A stretch of 64,000 nt of DNA from Okamejei kenojei (taxonomy: Eukaryota), in the NCBI GenBank assembly GCA_035221665.1, contig CM069145.1, positions 15,500,001 to 15,564,000 on the forward strand, in the 5' to 3' direction. Both the position numbers and the translations under genes were made by a program. The notes under the pieces are model-generated. The model ran no database searches. It was not told the DNA's origin and saw only the letters and a list, made by a program, of their open reading frames with translations. This document shows, one piece after another, positions 55,055 through 64,000 of the stretch. How positions within the stretch are numbered: position 1 is the first letter of the stretch; the number at the start of each line of letters is the position of its first letter.

Positions 55055-55340
55055 GACATAGTTTTCAGGTGAGAGGGGAAAGATTTAATACGAATCAGAG
55101 TGGCAACTTTTTTCCACACAGAGGGTGGTGGGTATACAGAATGAGCTGCCAGAGGAGGCAGTTGAGGCAGAAACTATAACAATATTTAAAAAACATTTGA
55201 ACAGATATCAGGATAGGAAAGGTTCTGAGAGATATGGGCCAAACGCGCGAGGGGTGGTGGGACTAGTGTAGATGGGCATCTTGGTTGGCATGGGCAAGCT
55301 GGGCCCAAGGGCCTGTTTCCATGCTGTATGACTCAATGAC
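55055..55340 (+). mobile_element. CR1 LINE 3' end
   Basis: aggtgagaggggaaagattt...gagggtggtgggtata...gagctgccagaggagg...ctgtatgactcaatgact tail. Confidence 0.8.
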
Positions 55341-55416
55341 TTGTATGAAAAGGGTACACAAAAGGCTGGAGAAACTCAGCGGGTGCAGCAGCATCTAAGG
55401 AGCGAAGGAGATAGGC

Positions 55417-55444
55417 GACGTTTCGGGTCGAGACCCTTCTTCAG
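55417..55444 (-). ncRNA. Minimal type I hammerhead ribozyme motif
   Basis: Minus strand CTGAAGA-A-GGGT-CTCG-ACCC-GAAA-CGTC: intact CUGANGA and GAAA boxes, palindromic ACGU stem III, GUC triplet; stem I weak. Confidence 0.65.
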
Positions 55445-55679
55445 ACTGGTCGGGGATCAGGGAAACAAGAGATATAGACGGTGATGTGGAGCGATAAAGA
55501 ACAATGAATGAAAGATATGCAAAAAAGTATCGATGATAAAGGGAACAAGCCATTGTAAGCTGTTTGTGGTGTGAAAATGAGATGCTGGTGCGACTAGGGT
55601 GGGGGAGATAGAGAGAGAGAAAGGGAATGCCAGGGCCCGAGGGCTGAGGGAGAGGTGGGAAGGGGAGGAGACAGCAAGG

Positions 55680-56084
55680 GTTAACAGAATTGAGAAAATT
55701 CAATGTTCAAGCCCAAAGGATGCAGACTCCCCAAGCGGAATATGAGGTGTTATTCCTCCAACTTGCAGTGTTGCTCACTCTGGCCGTGGAGGAGGCCCAG
55801 GACCGAGAGGTCGGATATACGGAATGGGAGGGGGAGTTGATGAGCTGAGCCACCGGGAGGTCGGGTTGGTTTTTGCGGACCGAGCGGAGGTGTTCGGCGA
55901 AACGATCGCCAAGCCTCCGCTTGGTCTCACCAATATAGATCATCTGGCATCTGGAGCAGCGGATGCAGTAGATGAGGTTGGAGGAGGTGCAGGTGAACCT
56001 CTGTCGGACCTGGAAGGACTGCTTGGGTCCCTGAAAGGAGTGGAGGGGGGAGGTGAAGGGACAAGTGTAGCATTTCTTGCGGTT
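55680..56084 (-). pseudogene. GIY-YIG endonuclease fragment of a Penelope-like element (frameshifted)
   Basis: NRKKCYTC...NLIYCIRCSRCQMIYIGETKRRLGDRFAEHLRSV: LIY...CxxC...YIG motif, conserved R and H, upstream Cys cluster. Frameshift near 55815; the frame continues with a premature stop into HLIFRLGSLHPLGLNIEF. Confidence 0.9.
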
Positions 56085-56091
56085 GACCAGT

Positions 56092-56119
56092 CTGAAGAAG
56101 GGTCTCGACCCGAAACGTC
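56092..56119 (+). ncRNA. Minimal type I hammerhead ribozyme motif
   Basis: CTGAAGA (56092-98) A GGGT-CTCG-ACCC GAAA (56112-15) CGTC (56116-19). Confidence 0.65.
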
Positions 56120-57367
56120 GCCTATCTCCTTCGCTCCTTAGATGCTGCTGCACCCGCTGAGTTTCTCCAGCCTTTTGTGTACCCTCGATTCTCCAGCATC
56201 TGCAGTTCCTTCTTTAACAATTGTATGAGAAGATTGTTCTTGCCATGAGGATTGACTGGTTTGTGCAGGGTAGCTGCTGCATGCAATGTGCATAAATTAT
56301 GACCAGACATTGTGGGTGGTCAGATTGGACCATTTCTGGAAAAACAATGCCAGTAGGAACAAGTGAGGAATAAGATAGGTAAAGTATCATGAATAACTGG
56401 TTGGGTGGTGAGTACGGAGCTCTTATTCACATCCACCATGGCCACCAGCCAAGCAGGACTAAATGCTGATGTGGTGTGACATCCCTTGCATTGATTTTAG
56501 CTCTTGGAGTATATAGTGTTGATTCGCTGCAGAAATACAGAACAAATAGCTGACTTAGAGTCATTTGTGAGCCCACATGGGGAAAGCACAACTGTAAAGC
56601 AGACTTGGAACAGTGAAAAAGAGTTAACTTTTTGTTTGGAGGATCTTTGTGCCAAAATCATGTCATATCCTTCCTCAGGTCTAGCATCTGTTCTATAGCA
56701 TGTAGTTTCCCTTAATGCACTCTAGCAGAAAGGACACCTGCCAAGACCCTCCCTAATCTCAAGTAATCTGGTGAGTCACCCACAGGCAAAGTGCGGGTGT
56801 ACACTCTAGGATTGTAGGTCTTCAGATACAGTGCATGTCAGTAAAACAAATTAACTGTTCATTTGTCATGCATAAATGGGACTCCAGAAAATGTGGAGCT
56901 GCATTTGAAAAACAGGGCAACCAATCTTTATGTTCTCGACACCAAATATTACCAAAATGGCATTGATATTGTACAAGAATGAACCTGTCAGCCTGATTTT
57001 CTTGAAGAGGACAAAATTAGCTGACAAACCTTTCTGTAATTTGCAAATGACGTCGTAAATTCATTCATATAAAGTAAAACGGATCGTTCGGGAAAAATCC
57101 TCGCACCAAATTGAATATGTTCCTGTGAATTATTGGAATGCGATCTTAATCAGAGCCACAACCATTCCCATTGGTGCTGGTGGGATAGGAAAGGAGTCCA
57201 TAACTCCTTCTTTCTTTCCAATCCCCGGTATTGGAATTTTTTCAAGATTAATTTTTGGGTGAGAATAGGATTGAATCTGACAAAAATGGCCCAGAGTGAA
57301 ATAATCTCATGAGAATCCCTGTCCATGTTCAAACATTAAATATTGACATTTTCAGTAAAGTAACAGA

Positions 57368-57670
57368 AGGGTGGCATAGTGGCAGTGGAACAGCTAGTGG
57401 AACTGCTGCCTCACACCACCAGAGGTTGAATCTGTCTGTGTGGAGTTTGCACATATTTGGGACCATATGGATTTCTCTAGGTTTTCTGGTTTTCTCCAAC
57501 ATTCCAAAGATCTTGTGTGGCAGGTTAATTGTCCCCAGTGTGTGTAGGTGAGCAGTAAGTCTGGAAGGACTTGATGAAAATGTGGGGAGAACAAGAAGTG
57601 GGATCAGCGTAAATGGGTGGTTGATGTTCGGCACAGACGGAAGGGCCTATTTCCGCATATCACTGATGTT
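57368..57670 (+). mobile_element. Degraded V-SINE
   Basis: gggtggcatagtggc head; V-domain tgtctgtgtggagtttgcac; LINE-like tail gaagggcctatttccg. Confidence 0.65.
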
Positions 57671-60624
57671 TATGGAACATCATCCCAGCATAAGTTATTA
57701 CTTCCAGGAGAAGGGGTAAACATGGTACATGTCTTTGTATCTCAGAAAAATGACATGTCTGTTTCTATTATATGTAAGGGAGCCCTGTGGTTCGGTTTCA
57801 GGATTTTAAAATGCACTACCCACAGAAAGGAAAAGGAAGGTGCCCTTACCTTCAGCAGTCTGCGATGCTTCTTAATGTCTGAACTGATGCGAATCACTGG
57901 TATGATGACATATCACTGCACTCATATGCCTTGAATGCATGTATGGCTTGATTTTGATACTCTGGTTCTGCCAGACCAGAGCGAATCCAACTTGAAACAT
58001 AAATACAACATTACTTCATGACAGTTATGAAATAGAAGGAAGATCAACTATGGATCAACAAATTTGATGTGATTTTGATTTGCAGTTTAGAGGGGCACAG
58101 TATGTTTAGAGAATTGTGGCTGAACCTATGAGCCAGGAAGTTAAACTTCACTTTAATAGTTCACTTTATGTCCCCTGTTTTTATGTGATGGATTAATTTC
58201 TACTATTAACACACAAGACCGCAGGAAGGTGATGTACTCCGGCTGTAGTCTATTTTCTCCAGCATCTTTCCTGTTCAGATTAAACTCCTGATGTTTTATG
58301 ATTGGATGGTTAAGTGTATAAAGTAAATGTAATTATCTGCTTGGGATTTGATAGCTATCAACAAGTCTGAATTAGAAATTCCTAACCACTCCTCGTCTCA
58401 CTAAAAAAACATAATGGCTATAAATGGACCTTTAATTAGAAAGTCAAAAATAAGTAGAACAAGCTTTTCTGTTTAAAGATATTCATATTACAAATAGCTT
58501 ACATATTTTAAATAGTAGCGACAGAAAGAAATCTGGAGTAGAATTTTGCCATAAGCATGCATTGATTAAGTAGTCAGTAGGTATGTTGAAAATGATTTAT
58601 TTAAGATTCAGTACTCTTTTGTTTTGCCACATGATAGCAGCGTTAAAAATAGTCAGAATAATTGAGACCATCATTCTGCAAGAAAATAATGCATTTGTTT
58701 GTAAGTGGAGAGCTGCAAAAAGGCTGTGAAAAATAGATTGGGGATAATTGGGTTATCAGATGTAGACGCTGCAGGGAATTGAACATTATCTGCTCTAAAT
58801 GTTAGAACTGGTGGGGGTCACTTCTGTAACTCTCCAGCTTCAGTTCTTCCTGCATCTGAAGGAATCCAGACAGTATAAAATGTGTTTTTACTGCCTGCTA
58901 CCCCAAGTATCTCCATTCCTCTGCCCTTCAACAGGTTGACTTTATGAGCCATGACCACACTAAATAAAATCTTGCATTGCTTTCTCCCCATTGATTCACC
59001 AGACTTTAATTGCTTGGAACACAAGCCAGATCCTCTGCTTCAAGTGTGTTTCCCTTAGCTTCAGCTGCTGTTATTCATTTCTATTAGACAACTTCTAACT
59101 AAGGTATTGACTTGCACTTTGACACAGACATTGCTACTGTGTTTGATTGCACTGTTAATTTAAAAATCTTCCCGAACAACGTTTTAAACCATTTAACATT
59201 ATGGTAAAACTGTGTTTGTGGTATTATTAATTTATACTATTCTCCCAAGGTTAAGATAATGCAGCAGTAATTCATTATTCGGGGGGGAAAAAGAACTTAG
59301 TAGGTAATTTAGAACTGAATTAAGGAAATACGGATTTTATTTGTCTTCTGTCCCAAATATTCCACCAAATCTCAAGCCCTATTCATCATAAGCAGAGATT
59401 TTCTTTGATTGAAAATGACTCATTAATTAGGTTTTTCCTGAAGGGAATTGAGTTAAAAAGACAAATTTATTTCTTATTTTGGTGGATGGGCATGACCCCT
59501 GTGACCTTCACAATGTTTGAGTTTAGATTAATTGATAATCTCCTTTCTTAGTTACACAAGCTAATCTCTGTAATGAGCAGAAACATAAAATGTGTTTTTA
59601 AAAATACTTGCATAAATGACTGCGGTTAACACTCATCAATTTCATCCAGATTTTACTAAATTCTGGGATTTTTACAGAATGTTAGTATAAATGTGCTGGG
59701 AAGGCAGGACAAATTCTTATTGTTAATTTTTCCGTAACAGATCAAATGGTTAACACATACACCCTGGAGAATTTCCAACCTGCCTACAATATGTTTTTGT
59801 AGAGTTGTGTTCGTTCTCCATAGTTCTGGTGCGAACATTTCTGGTCAATTGTAAAACTGATGGAAATGCAGATTAACCAATACCCTCCAGCTGAACACAG
59901 GACTAATATTAATTAATTAAATTTGACCATGTTAGGTCTTCGTTGACTTAGCTCGCCTGGAATTCATTTATAGCACAATGTTAAAGGGGAAAGAAACACT
60001 TGATCCATAATCCATAAATCAATTACAATTGATATTTTGAACAAAGAGAAAAAACCTATAATGCCCTTTAGGATTTTATTTAATCCGTCCCTATAAGCAG
60101 AACCTATAATTTAAACATATGCTCCATCATGAACAGAAAAATTGATAAAATAAGCAAACTTAAAATATATTATTTTCAAATACCTTTATTGATGCAAAAA
60201 TGCTCATTTTGCATCCAGTTTTAAGTGTTGTTGGAGAACTGGATCTAAGCACTTCAAATCCAGCATTTGTGATTTGGAACCATGATCTCATTCCATTCAC
60301 TATTAAAGGCATCATTTGGCGCCATTCCCAGGGCAATCCGTGGGAAGGTACCAAGTGATGATCTTGCTACAGCTGTGTGGAGTAGATTAGAGCTAAAATA
60401 AATGACCAATGGAATTACCAGCTAAATGAGTGAAGCTCAATTTTAGATCAGTATAGTTGAGTCCGTAGTGAAGAGAACCTCAATTTAGCACTGGGTTTAA
60501 ACATGCAATTTGACATTGCAATCTGAGATCTGCCTTTTGCTTGAAATCCTTGAGTGGGATAAATCTCAGAGAAAAGAAAGGGAAAATAGAAATAATATTT
60601 TCATTGACAGAAGAACTGTATTTA

Positions 60625-60970
60625 AATAAGAACGTAAGAAATTGGAACAAGAGCAGGCAATGCAGCCCCTTGAGCCTTTTCCAATATGTGCTGTATCACC
60701 AATCTTCTACTTTAGCACCATTTTTCAACATTATTCCCATGTCTCTTAATTCCCTCAAAGCTCAGAAACCTATTGATCTCTCTTTTGATTGAACAAAATG
60801 ACTGAGCTCACACAACTGTAGAGGGTAGAACATTCCAAAGATTCACCACCTTCTATGTGAAGAAAGTCCTCTTCATTTAAGTCCTAAATGCTGTAGGTTC
60901 TTGACTCTTCAGCCAAGGGGAAACCATAATCCACTTGTATCTACGGTGTCAAGGCCTTTAAGAGTTTGAT
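60625..60970 (-). mobile_element. Old CR1 LINE 3' end
   Basis: ataagaacgtaagaaattggaacaagagcaggc tail; ttccaaagattcaccacc...gtgaagaaa motif. Confidence 0.6.
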
Positions 60971-61569
60971 AGCTTTTTAGTTTCTCATATTTTTTTCACT
61001 TTCCATATCCTAGTACTTGGTCCTGGTAAAGGGAAAAATCTGAGTTTTATGCTGGGATCCCTAATATATTTAACATGCTTTCATCATCTAGATTCAGCAA
61101 CGCAATTCAAATTGGTCACATATGTCTACCACGACAAATAAGAAAAAGTTGGTGATCTGGATGGAATAGGCAGAGGTCAATAGCAGTAGACACTGAATAT
61201 TTATATACAGATAGCCGTCATTCAAACAGACCATAATGGGGGGAGGTCCGTTATTGCCGATTGTGCACTATAAACGAGCAAGGGTTTTTGTGCCCTATTG
61301 TCTTCACTGCCCAGGAGGGGTGTCAGAATCCACGAGCCCCGTCCCAATGGGACTTCCCGCACCACACCGAGCACAGTAGCCCAAGAAGGCCGCCCAGCAC
61401 CACCTTGTCCAGCACAGCTGGGGAACGGCAATAACCTCTGCCACTGTTGCTGAATCACACATTCAGAGATTGAGGGCAAAGTGGGAGGTCCACAGTGTTG
61501 GTGCGGTGGGTGAGGAAACCTTGTTCTGCTCTAAGTGAGACTCCCTCAACCAACTGCCCACCCAGAGTT

Positions 61570-61675
61570 CAGGGTGAAAGGACATTGAATTTAAACGTTA
61601 ATCCCGTTTCCCCTTCCAAAGTCACTGCCTAACCTGCTGAGTGTTTCCAGATCTTCCTAATTTTAGTTCAGGATC
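61570..61675 (+). mobile_element. Older Penelope-like pseudo-LTR relative
   Basis: tgaaaggacattgaatttaaacgttaat...ctgcctaacctgctgagtgtttccag has the same layout as the younger family, with a decayed hammerhead. Confidence 0.45.
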
Positions 61676-61881
61676 CATTCTATTTCTCTGACTCTGGGAT
61701 TATGTGGTCCCTATCCATTCCGGGATCACTGATCATATCCCATGGAAAATGTTCTTCTCTGATCCCACTATTGAAAGTGAGGTTATAACAGATATTGTCT
61801 GCTGTAACTGAAATCCGTTATAAAGAAGTCCATAATAACGAGGGTTGACTGTGTCACTGTAAAAGGAAAAAAAAAGGCACA

Positions 61882-63311
61882 CAGTGCCCTCCATAATGTT
61901 TGGGACAAAGACCCATCATTTATCTATTTGCCTCTGTACTCCACAATTTGAGATTTGTAATAGAAAAAAATCACATTGTTAAAGTGCACATTGTTGGATT
62001 TTAATAAAGGGTATTTTTATACATTTTGGTTTCACCATGTAGAAATTACAGCAGTGTTTATACATATTCCCCCCATTTCAGGGCACCATAATGTTTGGGA
62101 CACAGCAATGTCATGTAAATGTTTAGCATTTTGTTGCATATCCTTTGCATGCAATGACTGCTTGAAGTCTGCGATTCATGGACATCACCAGTTGCTGGGT
62201 GTCTTCTCTGGTGATGCTCTGCCAGGCCTGCATTGCAGCCATCTTTAGCTTATGCTTGTTTTGGGGACTAGTCCCCTTCATTTGTCTCTTCAGCATATAA
62301 AAGGCATGCTCAATTGGGTTCAGATCGGGTGATTGACTTGGCCACTCAAGAATAGACCATTTTTTAGCTTTGAATAAACTCCTTTGTTGCTTTAGCAGTA
62401 TGTTTGGAATCATTGTCTTGCTATGGAATGAACTGCCGGCCAATGAGTTTTGAGGCATTTGTTTGAACTTGAGCAGATAGGATGTGTCTATACCCTTCAG
62501 AATTTATTATGCTACTACCATCAGCAGTTGTATCATCAATGAGGATAAGTGAGCCAGTACCTTCAGTAGCCATACATGCCCAGGCCGTAACACCCCCACC
62601 ACCATGTTTCACAGATGAGGTGGCATGCTTTGGATCTTGGGCAGTTCCTTCTCGCTTCCATTCTTTGCTCTTGCCATCACTCTGACATAAATTGATCTTC
62701 ATCTCATCTGTCGACAAAACCTTTTTCCAGAACTGTGGTTGCTCTTTTAAGTACTTCTTGGCAAACTATAACCTGGCCATCCTATTTTTGCGGCTAATTA
62801 GTAAGCTCACCAGTGCTCTGTTTCTTCTTAATGATGTTCCAAACAGTTGATTTTGGTAAGCCTGGGGTTTGGCTGATGTCTTTAACTGTTTTATTCTTGT
62901 TTCTCAGTCTCATAATGGCTTTAACTTTCATTAGCACAACTTTGGTCGTCATGTTGGTAAACAGCAATAAAAGTTTCCAAAGGTGATGGAAAGACTGGAG
63001 GAAAGACTAGGTGCTGAGAGCTCTCTTATACCTGCATTAAGGAAGCCATTAAACACACCTGAGCAATTACAAACACCTGTGAAGCCATGTGTCCCAAACA
63101 TTATGGTGCCCTGAAATGGGGGAGACTAGGTATCAACAATGCTGTAATTTCCACATGGTGAAACCAAAATGTATAAAAATGGCCTTTAATAAAATCTGAC
63201 TGTGCACTTTAACCACATGCGATTTTTTTCTATTACAAATCTCAAATTTTGCAATACAGAGGCAAATAAATAAATGATGGGTCTTTGTCCCAAACATTAG
63301 GGAGGGCACTG
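61882..63311 (-). mobile_element. Tc1-family DNA transposon (IR/DR type), defective transposase
   Basis: ~223-bp TIRs (61882-62104 and 63088-63311) starting CAGTGCCCTCC, with repeated CCATAATGTTTGGGAC; TA on the right flank (CA on the left). Frameshifted transposase with TDEMKINL, VKHGGGGVTAW, QDNDSKH and WPSQSPDLNPIEH (DDE) motifs. Confidence 0.95.
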
Positions 63312-63351
63312 TATGTGCTCCATTTTGATTATACAGGGTCTGAATGTATTT

Positions 63352-63484
63352 GAGTAGGAAGGAACTGCAGATGATGATTATTACAAGAGATGGACACGAA
63401 ATGCTGTAGCAACTCGGCAGGTCAGGCAACATCTCTGGAGAAAAGGACCAGATGATGCTTCAGGTCTGAACATTCTTCAGACTC
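63352..63484 (-). mobile_element. Penelope-like pseudo-LTR, degenerate
   Basis: ggaaggaactgcagatg tail ... catctctggagaaaagg ... ttcttcagac. Confidence 0.7.
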
Positions 63485-63705
63485 TTCGAAAGTGTTTATC
63501 AGTTTGAATCTTGCTATCCAATCACCAAGGAGCAACAATCACCTAAATGAATGGAATGTGAGATAACACTGCTGGAAATTAGTTACGGCAAAGTCAGAGA
63601 ATAGGATGCCAAAAATATACATTTCTGTAGTTAGATCAAATTCTAAATACTACTTTTATTTTCCATCATCCAAAAACAAAGAAGGCAGACAAGATTTGGA
63701 GGTAA

Positions 63706-64000
63706 CAGACAATAGACAATAGGGGCAGGAGTAGGCCATTTGGCCCTTCGAGCCAGCACCACCATTCAATGTGATCATGACTGATCATCCCCAATCAGTA
63801 CCCCATTCCTGCCTTCTCCCCATATCCCCTGACTCCGCTATCTTTAAGAGCCCCATCTAGCTCTCCCTTGAAAGTATCCAGAGAACCGGCCTCCATGGCC
63901 CTCTGAGAAAGAGAATTCCACAGACTCACAATTCTCTGTGAGAAAAGGTGTTTCCTCATCTACGTTCTAAATGGCTTACCCCCTATTCTTAAACTGTGGC
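63706..64000 (-). mobile_element. CR1 LINE 3' end (continues beyond window)
   Basis: (AGACAAT)n tail; ggagtaggccatttggccc; gaattccacagactcacaattctctgtgagaaaa is the reverse complement of FFxQRxVxLWNSL-type coding sequence. Confidence 0.85.

Larger units (their letters stand above)
55351..56220 (-). mobile_element. 5'-truncated Penelope-like (Neptune-type) retroelement with inverted pseudo-LTRs
   Basis: Perfect 101-bp inverted repeats at 55351-55451 and 56085-56185; 35-nt tail at 56186-56220; TSD TTGTATGA at 55341-48 and 56221-28; internal GIY-YIG coding fragment. Confidence 0.9.
32542..64000 (+). other. EBF3: EBF3 intron 6 (partial, >31 kb)
   Basis: I did not find the expected exon 7 (FFLKFFLKCNQNC...) downstream; a very large intron 6 is characteristic of vertebrate EBF genes. 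Confidence 0.8.

Noticed and set aside
55395-56310. ORFs 55395-55703, 55824-56141 and 56122-56310 as proteins, including the repeated QSEEGSRPETSPISFAP
   Set aside because: Translations of the inverted pseudo-LTR, the 3' UTR or the antisense strand; only the GIY-YIG frame is meaningful.

Overview
Vertebrate genomic DNA, almost certainly from a cartilaginous fish and probably a skate or ray (inferred from HE1/V-SINE-like, CR1-like and Penelope-like repeat families). It contains the 5' part of EBF3 (COE-family transcription factor) on the + strand: six GT-AG coding exons at 26286-32541, 554 nt in total, encoding the N-terminal part of the DNA-binding domain including the HCCC zinc knuckle. A very long intron 6 runs past the window end. 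A ~25-kb domain around the promoter and exons has no recognisable transposons and is CpG-enriched in its 5' half. The flanks are full of CR1 and Rex-like LINEs, tRNA-derived SINEs, Harbinger MITEs and a Tc1 element. The most notable signals are two self-cleaving-ribozyme retroelement systems. (1) A ~142-bp TSD-flanked non-coding element at 11644-11785 begins with a complete minimal HDV-like ribozyme fold. (2) About 11 copies of a Penelope/Neptune pseudo-LTR carry a minimal hammerhead motif; they occur as TSD-flanked solo ~100-bp inserts, as a palindromic dimer, and as a young element with perfect 101-bp inverted repeats around a GIY-YIG endonuclease fragment. Family names come from recall, not database searches.
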